A stretch of DNA of 64,000 nucleotides from Lachnospiraceae bacterium. Its GTDB lineage: Bacteria; Bacteroidota; Bacteroidia; Bacteroidales; Bacteroidaceae. The DNA lies in NCBI GenBank assembly GCA_963659505.1, contig CAVKUV010000002.1, positions 25,427 to 89,426 of the forward strand, written 5' to 3'. The notes under the pieces were generated by a model. The model had not been told where the DNA came from and did not search any database. It saw nothing but the letters and a program-made list of their open reading frames with translations. Both the position numbers and the translations under genes were made by a program. This document shows positions 1 through 9,300 of this stretch, one piece after another. Numbering within the stretch: position 1 is the stretch's first letter; each line of letters starts with the position of its first letter.

Positions 1-53
1 CCGACAGCCACTATGGCAGCGCCAACGACAACTCGATAAAGGTGAAGAAATAA
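1..53 (+). CDS. 3' end of an upstream CDS truncated by the window edge (unknown product)
   Basis: Open frame from position 3 (DSHYGSANDNSIKVKK) ending TAA at 51-53, 14 nt before the next ATG. Confidence 0.4.
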   Translation, partial: DSHYGSANDNSIKVKK

Positions 54-67
54 CAACCGTTTGACGC

Positions 68-514
68 ATGGTAATAGCAGTTGATTTCGACGGGACCATC
101 GTCGAGCACCGTTATCCGGAGATAGGCGAGGAGCGGCCTTTCGCCACCGACACGCTGAAGATGCTCATCAACGACCACCACAGACTGATACTGTGGAGTG
201 TGCGCGAGGGCAAGCTGCTCGACGACGCCGTGGAGTGGTGCCGCCAGCGTGGGGTGGAGTTTTGGGCGGTAAACCGCGACTATCCCGAAGAGACTACGGA
301 CAACAACCAGCACTTCAGCCGCAAGCTCAAGGCCGACCTCTTCATCGACGACCGCAACGTTGGCGGTCTGCCCGACTGGGGAACGATATACCGCATGGTG
401 AGCGAGAAGCGCACATGGCAGAATATGCTCGACGAGGCCGAGGATGGCGGTGGCTTGCGCTATGGCGACACACCGCCCGATGGCCGCAAAAAAAAGAAGT
501 GGTGGCAGATTTAG
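68..514 (+). CDS. HAD-superfamily hydrolase (small Bacteroidota BT0820-like phosphatase)
   Basis: HAD motif I (IAVDFDGT), motif II (LWS), motif IV (FIDDRN); 148 aa. Confidence 0.85.
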   Translation: MVIAVDFDGTIVEHRYPEIGEERPFATDTLKMLINDHHRLILWSVREGKLLDDAVEWCRQRGVEFWAVNRDYPEETTDNNQHFSRKLKADLFIDDRNVGGLPDWGTIYRMVSEKRTWQNMLDEAEDGGGLRYGDTPPDGRKKKKWWQI

Positions 515-543
515 ACACCAGCCGAAGGGCTTAGACAATAATT

Positions 544-611
544 AAGGCGAGGAGCCGAAAACCAGCAGACGACGCAGTGTCGCAATGCTGGTTTTCGGCT
601 CCTCGCCTTTT
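544..611 (+). terminator. Long hairpin / probable intrinsic terminator after the HAD gene
   Basis: Perfect 24-bp inverted repeat 544-567 (aaggcgaggagccgaaaaccagca) / 586-609, followed by Ts. Confidence 0.65.
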
Positions 612-646
612 CTCGCACTGTGTGGTTAGGCATGGTTGAATGCAAC

Positions 647-785
647 GTAGTTGGCGACGTGCCTCACGTCGCAACATATTCAGTTCACGATTGTGCAGTG
701 AGACACCGCACCCACTACCTTTTAGGCATCTATGCCATACATGAAGGTGTGTTTCAACAGTATAAATGGAAACATCAAATTGGAC
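647..785 (-). repeat. REP-doublet element family A, copy 1 (reverse orientation)
   Basis: gtagttggcgacgtgcctcacgtcgc ... gtgcagtgagacaccgcacccactac (647-718); outer flank catcaaattggac at 773-785. Confidence 0.85.
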
Positions 786-807
786 AGCCACTTTCCGCAG
801 TGCGCCG

Positions 808-845
808 AAAAAAATAATCCCCGCAGCTTCACAGCTGTGGGGATT
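808..845 (-). terminator. Intrinsic terminator of rhaD
   Basis: Stem aatccccgcagct/agctgtggggatt with an A-run on the + strand (U-tail on the - strand), 55 nt past the rhaD stop. Confidence 0.75.
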
Positions 846-900
846 GGAGTTTTTAGTCTTATATGTAGTCAGTAGTTGTTTCGCTTTGTTTGCGATGTGC

Positions 901-1710
901 TTATTTGGGAAGGTTGAACACCTTCGACATCTCGGCCATCTGCTCTTGGCTCATGCCAGTAGGCTCAAAGCCCATCGACTTGGCGTTGATGTATATCTTG
1001 GCGCTCTTCGATAGCACGTCAATCTGGTCGAAGGCATCCATCACGTCGAGACCCTTGGCAAACACGCCATGCTTCTCCCACATCACCACGTCGTAGTCCT
1101 CAAGTTCCTGCATGGTCTTCTCGGCCAGTACGTTAGAGCCGGGCAGCTCATACTTCACCATGCCGAGACCCAGCGGGCAGAAAGCCTTTGTCTCGGGAAT
1201 CATGCTCCACAAGATGTTTGTCAGCACGTCCTTTTCGGTGAACTTGGGGTTGTGGCTCATGGCCACAAGCTCTATGGGGTGGGTGTGTACTGTGGCCTTG
1301 TAGGGTGAGCCAGTCTCGATGAGGCGGTCGTGTACGGCCAGGTGCGACGGCAGTTCGCTTGTGGGGTTCACGGCGTTGTCGGCTATTATCACATAGCTTG
1401 CGCAGTCGTCGAGTATGCGTATCACGCTTCCGTTGTCCATCGGCCAGCGTGCCAGGTCGCGCATGCGCTTGCCCGTGCCCTTGCAGAAGAAGTAGCAACC
1501 CTTCAGGTGGGGCAGGGTGATGCCAATCTGCTTCACCTCGCTTATTGCCTCCAAGTTGCGAATTTCGTCGTCAACAAGGTCGGTCACGTTCACTGTGATG
1601 TTGCCGCCGTTGCGCTCGGCCCATCCGTTCTGCCAGAGGTAGCCAGCCACCTCGGCAATCTTGTCCACTTCTTTTTGCAAGGCTGGACGGCCTTCCAATA
1701 TACTTTTCAT
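901..1710 (-). CDS. rhaD: Rhamnulose-1-phosphate aldolase (class II aldolase)
   Basis: GWAERNGGN, PTSELPSH, VHTHP and WEKHG (Zn-binding His) motifs typical of RhaD; 269 aa. Confidence 0.95.
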   Translation of the reverse strand: MKSILEGRPALQKEVDKIAEVAGYLWQNGWAERNGGNITVNVTDLVDDEIRNLEAISEVKQIGITLPHLKGCYFFCKGTGKRMRDLARWPMDNGSVIRILDDCASYVIIADNAVNPTSELPSHLAVHDRLIETGSPYKATVHTHPIELVAMSHNPKFTEKDVLTNILWSMIPETKAFCPLGLGMVKYELPGSNVLAEKTMQELEDYDVVMWEKHGVFAKGLDVMDAFDQIDVLSKSAKIYINAKSMGFEPTGMSQEQMAEMSKVFNLPK

Positions 1711-1896
1711 GTCGTTGTTAGTATGTCGTGTATTTTTAACTTAATCCCCCTGCATAATGACAATCCCATGGCGAATGCTGTAAATGTTTGCCTTTAGGTT
1801 GTCCGTGTTGCTTGTCTTGTGTGGATATGCCGCAGCGACTGCATGGCGTCAAACCAGTTTGTGTGCTTTGCCATGAGCGGTATACCTTATCGATTG

Positions 1897-1904
1897 CAAA
1901 GATA
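1897..1904 (-). promoter_or_regulatory. Putative Bacteroidota -7 promoter box for rhaD
   Basis: TATCTTTG on the - strand (TAnnTTTG consensus), ~190 nt upstream of the rhaD ATG. Confidence 0.5.
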
Positions 1905-1999
1905 CCGTTAAGCGATTGCCTTAGACATCGTATTTTGATTTTTAGTCTGAAAAATATGGTTTTCTCTTGATTTATGTCAACCGCATTGCTGCTCAGACT

Positions 2000-2130
2000 G
2001 TCCAATTTGTTGTACCTTTTGTAGTGTGTGCGGTGTCCCACCGCACGTCAAGCGGCAATGTGGCAGTTGCGACGTGAGACACGTCGCCCACTACTTGTAT
2101 ACCTTCTGCAATAGGCACAACAAATAGGAC
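2000..2130 (+). repeat. REP-doublet element family A, copy 2, with outer inverted repeats
   Basis: gtccaatttgttgt (2000-2013) / acaacaaataggac (2117-2130) enclosing GTAG-hairpin doublet 2021-2094. Confidence 0.9.
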
Positions 2131-2210
2131 ACCCTAATTGCTGCTTCCGCTGTCTGTCTGTCCTTTCGATGGCGCTTTTTCTGCCTTATGCAACCGCCAT
2201 GAAAGTGAGC

Positions 2211-2329
2211 GCTTTTCGTAACTATGCCATTTACGCATGCTAACTGTGCCGTTTACGCATGCTAACTATGCCATTTACGATGTCTAAGTGGCATAGTTAC
2301 GGGTCGTAAACGGCACAGTTATGAAAAGC
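2211..2329. repeat. 22-bp periodic palindromic array 1
   Basis: taactRtgccRtttacgcatgc units at 2219, 2241, 2263, then inverted copies at 2285-2299 and 2305-2321; gcttttc/gaaaagc ends. Confidence 0.85.
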
Positions 2330-2442
2330 CCCCTGTTTGCTGTCGTCTCAGCATGCCTTGTAACCTATTTATAATGGATGTGATAAAAACTAAATGGCGG
2401 CCTTTTCTTTGCCAACAATGGGAAATGTATTAAATTTGCACT

Positions 2443-3036
2443 ATGAACAATAATCTGGAAAACTCCCGATGGAGCGAGAATGTGGTGCTCGTAGATGGCG
2501 ACTATGTTGACAGTGTGGCCTTCAACTTGATAGTTAATTTCGAGCGGATGATAGGCCGGCGCATACCCAAGGCCGACATGGCGCGTTGGATCGACTGCGT
2601 TGCGCTCGACGGTGGCCTGCGTGCTGGCGACAACGAGACGCAAGTGGTGTTCATACACGGCAAGAGCCATGCAAAGCTCGACAACTTCACCCCTGGCGAC
2701 TATGCGGCCGAGCTTGACGGCAAGGCTTTTCGCGACAACCTCGGTGAGTTTGTGCTTAGTTCACTGCCCGTGGAGGCCGACGTCAATGGCGACGATCTGT
2801 TTGTCGAGTCGTTGGGCGTAATATGCAACTCGGCCGACGTGAAGCGCATAATGGTTGTTCCCAATGCCGAGACATCGTGGGACAGCGTGCGCCACGCCCT
2901 GCGCTGTGTTGACGACGAGGCCAAGCGCATCACCATGTTCGCCATGCAGCCCATGGCCGGAGGCAACTTCCGCCAGGAGATACTCGGCTACTCGCTGATG
3001 AGTGCGCTGGGGATAAGCGCGGATGAAATAAAATGA
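2443..3036 (+). CDS. Conserved Bacteroidales protein, PIN/NYN-like fold (DUF6621-like)
   Basis: N-terminal VVLVDGDY acidic motif and ALDGG; TAAATTTG promoter box at 2431-2438. Confidence 0.6.
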   Translation: MNNNLENSRWSENVVLVDGDYVDSVAFNLIVNFERMIGRRIPKADMARWIDCVALDGGLRAGDNETQVVFIHGKSHAKLDNFTPGDYAAELDGKAFRDNLGEFVLSSLPVEADVNGDDLFVESLGVICNSADVKRIMVVPNAETSWDSVRHALRCVDDEAKRITMFAMQPMAGGNFRQEILGYSLMSALGISADEIK

Positions 3037-3089
3037 AGAGTGAAGAATGAAGTTAATGGCTTTTGGGGCATTACTTGCATATGGACTAT

Positions 3090-3118
3090 GTAGTAGGTGC
3101 TGCGTCCTCGCTGCACCC
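3090..3118 (+). repeat. GTAG-REP family B copy
   Basis: gtagtaggtgctgcgtcctcgctgcaccc; compensatory T-A pair relative to the other copies (ggCgc...gcGcc). Confidence 0.8.
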
Positions 3119-3375
3119 ATATAAATAAAGCTGACACATGCAAGCTAAGCAGTACCCACACAAGCTAAGTTCTGCCCATGCCAACCAAGCTGCACATTGT
3201 GCCTAGCGAAGTTCTAAACCTTACATCCACTCATTTATCGAAAGCCAACACATGGCTTATCACAGTTAACGACAAAGATAAAGCAAACGAGAGGAAAGAA
3301 AACTTGTTTTCAGTTTCCCGAGTGCAGCTTATCTTATATACAAAGAAAAACAACAAAGCAAAATAAAGACAAGAA

Positions 3376-4602
3376 ATGGGAAGAGTATTGATGATTGGAG
3401 CAGGTGGCGTGGCCACTGTGGCTGCGTTTAAGATAGCCCAAAACTCCGACGTGTTCACCGAGTTTATGATAGCGAGCCGCCGCAAGGAGAAGTGCGACGA
3501 GATAGTTAAGGCCATAGGCAACCCCAACATAAAGACGGCCCAGGTGGATGCCGACGACGTGGAGCAGCTGAAGGCTCTGTTCGACAGCTACAATCCGGAG
3601 CTGGTGGTAAACCTCGCGTTGCCATACCAGGACCTCACCATCATGGACGCATGTCTGGCCTGTGGGTGCAACTATCTCGACACGGCCAACTACGAGCCTA
3701 AGGACGAGGCACACTTCGAGTATTCGTGGCAGTGGGCCTACAAGGATCGCTTCGAGAAGGCTGGACTGACGGCCATACTCGGCTGCGGCTTCGACCCTGG
3801 CGTCAGCGGAGTATACACCGCCTATGCCGCCAAGCACCACTTCGACGAGATTCAGTATCTCGACATCGTAGACTGCAACGCAGGCAACCACCACAAGGCG
3901 TTCGCCACCAACTTCAACCCCGAGATAAACATTCGCGAGATAACCCAAAAGGGACTCTACTACAAGGACGGCAAGTGGATAGAGACCGAGCCGCTTGAGA
4001 TACACCAGCCGCTCACCTATCCTAATATAGGCGCGCGCGAAAGCTATCTGCTGCACCATGAGGAGCTGGAGAGTCTCGTCAAGAACTATCCAACCATCAA
4101 GCAGGCACGCTTCTGGATGACCTTCGGACAGCAATACCTCACCTACCTCGACTGCATACAGAACCTTGGCATGTCGCGCATCGACGAGCTGGTTTATGAG
4201 GCTCCGCTGGCCGACTGTCCCGACAAGAAGGTTAAGGTGAAGATTGTTCCCCTGCAATTCCTCAAGGCCGTGCTGCCCAACCCGCAGGAGCTTGGCGAGA
4301 ACTACGACGGCGAGACCAGCATAGGCTGCCGCATACGCGGAATAAAGGACGGCAAGGAGCGCACCTATTACGTGTACAACAACTGCAAGCACCAGGAGGC
4401 TTACAAGGAGACTGGCATGCAGGGCGTGAGCTACACCACAGGCGTGCCGGCCATGATTGGCGCGATGATGTTCTTCAAGGGACTGTGGCGCAAGCCCGGC
4501 GTGTGGAACGTTGAGGACTTCGACCCAGATCCGTTCATGGAGCAGCTCAACAAGCAGGGACTGCCGTGGCACGAGGTGTTCGACGGCGACCTTGAGCTGT
4601 AG
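3376..4602 (+). CDS. Saccharopine dehydrogenase family protein, probably carboxy(nor)spermidine dehydrogenase
   Basis: Rossmann IGAGGVA, YLDTANYE, GCGFDPG, FATNFNPEINIRE and VSYTTGVPA; 408 aa. Confidence 0.9.
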   Translation: MGRVLMIGAGGVATVAAFKIAQNSDVFTEFMIASRRKEKCDEIVKAIGNPNIKTAQVDADDVEQLKALFDSYNPELVVNLALPYQDLTIMDACLACGCNYLDTANYEPKDEAHFEYSWQWAYKDRFEKAGLTAILGCGFDPGVSGVYTAYAAKHHFDEIQYLDIVDCNAGNHHKAFATNFNPEINIREITQKGLYYKDGKWIETEPLEIHQPLTYPNIGARESYLLHHEELESLVKNYPTIKQARFWMTFGQQYLTYLDCIQNLGMSRIDELVYEAPLADCPDKKVKVKIVPLQFLKAVLPNPQELGENYDGETSIGCRIRGIKDGKERTYYVYNNCKHQEAYKETGMQGVSYTTGVPAMIGAMMFFKGLWRKPGVWNVEDFDPDPFMEQLNKQGLPWHEVFDGDLEL

Positions 4603-4610
4603 AGCAGGCA

Positions 4611-4744
4611 GTCCAATTTGTTGTGGCTCATGTGTAGTGTGTGCGGTGTCTCACCGCACACCAAGCGTAGGTGAAGCAGTGGGCGACGTGAGACACGTCG
4701 CCCACTACTTGCGCAGCCACTACAATAAAAACAACAAATAGGAT
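4611..4744 (+). repeat. REP-doublet element family A, copy 3, with outer inverted repeats
   Basis: gtccaatttgttgt 4611-4624; doublet 4634-4708; acaacaaataggat 4731-4744. Confidence 0.9.
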
Positions 4745-4849
4745 ACCCTACTTTATGGGATTGCTCTTTTCAAAGCATCACTAATTGTCGGGCAGATGGT
4801 TTTTCCCCTTCTGTCAGGCGCTAACAAACAAAAACTAAGACAAGAAAAA

Positions 4850-5872
4850 ATGGCAAAGGAAGAAAAGATTGACGCAACGCAGGAAGGCAAGCTGAAGGCT
4901 TTGCAGGCTGCGATGTCGAAGATAGAGAAGGATTTTGGCAAAGGCTCGATAATGAAGCTCGGCGACGAGCAGATAGAGAATGTCGAGGTGATACCCACGG
5001 GAAGCATCGCCCTCAACGCCGCACTGGGTGTGGGCGGCTATCCGCGCGGCAGGATAATAGAGATTTACGGTCCGGAGTCGTCGGGTAAGACTACGCTCGC
5101 CATCCACGCCATAGCCGAGGCGCAGAAGGCTGGGGGCATCGCCGCGTTCATCGACGCGGAGCACGCCTTCGACCGCTTCTATGCCGAGAAGCTGGGCGTT
5201 GACGTCAACAACCTGTGGATTTCGCAGCCCGACAACGGCGAACAGGCACTGGAGATTGCCGACCAACTGATACGTTCGTCGGCGATAGACATTCTGGTGG
5301 TTGACTCAGTGGCAGCCCTTACGCCCAAGAAGGAGATTGAGGGCGACATGGGCGACAACGCCGTGGGCTTGCAGGCTCGACTGATGAGCCAGGCTCTGCG
5401 CAAGCTCACCAGCACCATCAGTAAGACCAATACCACGTGCATATTCATCAACCAGTTGCGCGAGAAGATAGGTGTGATGTTTGGCAACCCCGAGACTACC
5501 ACCGGCGGCAACGCCTTGAAGTTCTACTCAAGTGTGCGTCTCGACATTCGCCGTGTCACGAGCATCAAGGACGGCGACAACGTCATAGGCAACCAGGTGC
5601 GCGTCAAGGTGGTCAAGAACAAGGTGGCTCCCCCGTTCCGCAAGGCCGAGTTCGAGATAACCTTTGGCGAAGGCATATCCAAGATTGGCGAGATTGTTGA
5701 CCTTGGCGTTGACTACGGCATAATCCAGAAGAGTGGCAGCTGGTTCTCCTACAATGGGTCGAAGCTGGCTCAGGGACGCGACGCCACCAAGGCTCTACTG
5801 AAGGACAACCCCGAACTGTGCGAGGAGCTTGAGGGGCTTATCATGAACGCCATTCAGGACAAGCAGAACTAA
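4850..5872 (+). CDS. recA: Recombinase RecA
   Basis: GPESSGKTT Walker [29 protein letters not shown]; start moved to ATG 4850 after an A-rich leader. Confidence 0.99.
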   Translation: MAKEEKIDATQEGKLKALQAAMSKIEKDFGKGSIMKLGDEQIENVEVIPTGSIALNAALGVGGYPRGRIIEIYGPESSGKTTLAIHAIAEAQKAGGIAAFIDAEHAFDRFYAEKLGVDVNNLWISQPDNGEQALEIADQLIRSSAIDILVVDSVAALTPKKEIEGDMGDNAVGLQARLMSQALRKLTSTISKTNTTCIFINQLREKIGVMFGNPETTTGGNALKFYSSVRLDIRRVTSIKDGDNVIGNQVRVKVVKNKVAPPFRKAEFEITFGEGISKIGEIVDLGVDYGIIQKSGSWFSYNGSKLAQGRDATKALLKDNPELCEELEGLIMNAIQDKQN

Positions 5873-5898
5873 TCCTGTCGGGGCGGCTGCAATGTGCT

Positions 5899-5950
5899 GC
5901 AATCTCTTGCTCGTGGGCATGTCCCAACCATGCTGCGTGCAAGAGATTGC
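5899..5950 (+). other. Hairpin downstream of recA (possible terminator or 3' stabiliser)
   Basis: gcaatctcttgc ... gcaagagattgc inverted repeat; no clear U-tail. Confidence 0.45.
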
Positions 5951-6019
5951 CGTGCATTATGGCCTCACTTATAATATGTACGCGAACATTTATATATATT
6001 ATAGGGCAAGTGCAGCCCA

Positions 6020-6115
6020 TAGGGGGTATGGCGCCTCGCCGTACCCAAAAAACGTAAGCTTTAGCCCATGCTGAGCTATAGGCTATGTAGTAGGCGCTGC
6101 GTCCTCGCTGCGCCC
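6020..6115 (+). repeat. REP family C copy (6020-6050) followed by family B copy (6087-6115)
   Basis: tagggggtatggcgcctcgccgtacc and gtagtaggcgctgcgtcctcgctgcgccc. Confidence 0.8.
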
Positions 6116-6169
6116 GTTCAAGCAAGCTTCGTCGTCTGCATATTTTGTGTGGCATGGATACTTGCAAAT

Positions 6170-6243
6170 GTAGTGGGTGCGGTGTCTCACCGCACACCAA
6201 TCTGCAATGTGGCAGTTGCGACGTGAGACACGTCGCCCACTAT
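6170..6243 (+). repeat. REP-doublet element family A, copy 4 (no obvious outer inverted repeats)
   Basis: gtagtgggtgcggtgtctcaccgcac ... gcgacgtgagacacgtcgcccacta. Confidence 0.9.
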
Positions 6244-6299
6244 GCGGCATACCATCGCGGCAAAACCGTACAGTTCGAAACACATTTCATTCTGAATTG

Positions 6300-6331
6300 T
6301 TTGGCTTGCAACCGAAAAATTCTTATTTTTG
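6300..6331 (+). promoter_or_regulatory. Bacteroidota sigma70-type promoter of the PL11 gene
   Basis: TTTG (6300-6303), 20 nt, TATTTTTG (6324-6331). Confidence 0.7.
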
Positions 6332-6392
6332 CAACAACGAACTCTACTAAATCAATGAATTTATTAGTCTACTATATCAATAACTGAAAACG

Positions 6393-9300
6393 ATGAAGAA
6401 ACAATTGCTTTTAGGCTTGCTCGGCATAGCCTCGGCTGGCAGTATGTTCGCGCAGCGGCCCACCGACGCCTTGGGGCGCGACCTTGTGGCCGTCTACACA
6501 GCAAACAACACCGTGTATTGCAGCTGGCGAATACCCGCTGAGGAATACTACGATGTGAAGTACAACATCTACCGCGACGGCGTGAAGCTCAACGACACCC
6601 CGTTGGCAACGTCCAACTATACCGACAAGAGCGGCTCGCTCACCAGCCAGTATAGCGTAGAGGCCATCGTCAGGGGAACGGCACAGGCCAAGAGCAAGGC
6701 CGTCACTCCGTGGACGAAAAACTATCTTGAGGTGAAGATGGACCACGGCTCGCTCACCAGCACCTATGTACCAAACGACGCATGCTGTGCCGACGTTGAC
6801 GGCGACGGCGAGGTGGAGATACTGCTCAAGTTCGACAACAACAGCGATGCCACCAACGGCTACAAGCCGGAGGGCTACAATGGCGAGTATGCCATAATAG
6901 AGGTGTATAAGCTCAATGGAAAGAAGTTGTGGTGGATAGACCTCGGACCCAACATGGCCGACTTCCAGAACAACGAAAACAACATCGTGGCCTTCGACTG
7001 GGACCGCGACGGCAAGGCCGAGGCCGTGTTGCGCGCCGCCGACGGCACGGTGATACACATGGCCGACGGCACCACCAAGGTGATTGGCGACCAGACGAAG
7101 AACTACCGCCCCAGTGGCGGAGCTTCGGGTCAGTGGTTCATACACGATGGTGCCGAGTATCTGCTCTACCTCAACGGTGAGACGGGCGAACCTTACCAAA
7201 TAATGGACTATCCGCTGAAGCGGCTTGAGGCAGGTGAGACCAATCTTGAGAAGGCTTGGGGCGACGGCTACGGCCACCGCTCCACGAAGCACTTCTTCGG
7301 TGCGCCGTTCCTCGACGGCAAGCACGCCAGCATCTTCCTTGCGCGCGGCATCTACACGCGCCACAAGATGATTGCCCTCGACGTTGACCCCGCCACCCAC
7401 CAGCTTACGGAGCGTTGGCGCTGGAACAACAACACGCCCGGTTCGGCTTGGTATGGACAGGGCTACCACAACTTCGGCATCGCCGACGTCGACATGGACG
7501 GGCGCGACGAGATTGTGTATGGCTCTATGGTTATCGACGACAACGGCAAGGGATTGTCAACATCGGGACTCGGCCACGGCGACGCGCAGCACTGCGGCGA
7601 CTTCGACCCCTACACATGGGGACTTGAGATATTCGCCTGCAACGAGGACAGGCCGATGAACAACTACCGCGACGCCACCACGTCGAAGATATACTACCGT
7701 GCCACAGGCAGCTCCGACGATGGACGCAGCATAGCAGGAAACTTCCTCGACGAGTATCCCGGGGCGCAGTGCCGCTCGGCCAAGGACGGCAACATCATTG
7801 GCGGTGCGTCGCATGCGGCTCTTGAGGGTGCGCCCACAAGCGGCATGGCCACCAACTTCCGCATCTATTGGGATGGCGACTTGCTTGAGGAGACGTTCAA
7901 CTACGTGAACGGCAAAAACACCGAGGGCGGCATATACAAGGGCGGACGCAGCAGCGTGATGGCAACGCTCGAAGGCTCGATGACCAACAACGACACCAAG
8001 GGCACGCCTTGCTATCAGGGCGACATACTCGGCGACTGGCGCGAGGAGGTGATAATGCGCACCGCAAGCAACGACATCCGCATATACACAACCACCTATG
8101 AGACCCCGTGGCGCAACTACTCGCTGTGGCACGACCACCAGTACCGCAACGCCATGGTGTGGCAGATGTGCGGCTACAACCAGCCGCCCCACGCCAGCTA
8201 CTTCCTCGGAAAGAGCGAGGGCATAACCGTAGCTCCGCCGCCATTGACGCTGACGGGACGCACCGTGGTTGAGGGTGGAGGCTCCATCGGCTCCGACCTC
8301 AACGGCGAGCACGTGCTCTTGGCCGACCAGGGCGATGTTGAGGTGAGTGTGGCCCAGGGCGCAAGTCCCTACATCTTCACCGACAACGCTCCTTCGTGGA
8401 CTCAGGGTCACGACAACAACGACAACATAACCACCGAGACCTTCACCCACACGCTTACGGGCGGTGCGTTCACTGGCTCCATGCGCCTTGTGAAGCAGGG
8501 CGAGGGCGTGCTGCAACTGCCCAACGTGGTGGAGACCTACACCGGATCGACCGATGTGTGGAACGGTACGCTGCGCTTCGACGGCACATTGCAGCAGAGC
8601 CGCCTGTGGCTCAACCGCCACACCACGCTTGAGACCAACGGCGGAACATTCGCCAAGGGCATACAGGCCGACTACAACGCCACCATTAAGATAGGTGCCG
8701 ACGACGCAGCTGGCACGCTCACCACCGACTCGCTGCTGCTTGGCTTCGGTTCGCGTGTGGTGTTCGACCTCTTCAGCGATGGCACTGCCGCCGACAAGGT
8801 GAAGGCCAATGTGCTGAAGATCGAGAAGAAAAACTGGAAGAACGGGCCGCGCTACGACGCGCCAATATTCAAGTTTGTGTCGCATGCCGCTGATGGCGAG
8901 AGCAAACTGGCCGAGGGCAAGTATCTGCTCTGCGAGGCTCCCACGCTTGATGGCGACGTGGCCAATGTCACTATCGAGGGTCTAAGTGCCCAGAAGGGCG
9001 TGCTCTCCTACGAGGACGGCAAGCTGTACATCACCGTGAGCAATTTCGAGCCTACCGAGGTTACGTGGCAGGGCAATGAGAGCGGCATTTGGGACATCGA
9101 CGGCGCAAGTAACTTCAAGGAGGACAAGAGCGGCGCTGCTGCTGCCTTCGTACCTGGCGACAGTGTGGTGTTCGATGACAATGCCGATGTCACCGACATC
9201 ACTGTGCAGGGCAATGTGGCTCCGGCAAGCATCACCTTCAACAACAACGTCAAGGCTTACACCATCTCTGGCGACAGCATTGCCGGCAACCCGACTCTCA

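Noticed and set aside
2219..2321. Possible CRISPR array (also considered for 32689-32926 and the REP clusters)
   Set aside because: Units are contiguous or inverted with no unique 30-40-nt spacers, and there are no cas genes in the window
3140..3336. Short caagctaag repeats and a weak aagataaagc/gcttatctt inverted repeat upstream of the dehydrogenase
   Set aside because: Too degenerate to define a unit from this window alone; may be a decayed repeat
3334..4572. Long antisense ORFs (412 aa here; also 7557-8885, 41252-42220, 55505-56599, 57590-59008)
   Set aside because: They mirror well-supported genes on the opposite strand, a common effect of codon bias in GC-rich genes, and show no protein motifs
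4796..4849. N-terminal extensions given by the ORF track for recA (also wecB-like 42476-42706, lipocalin 38891-38998, brxP 43928-43966)
   Set aside because: Downstream ATGs follow A-rich Bacteroidota-type leaders and match the expected family N-termini
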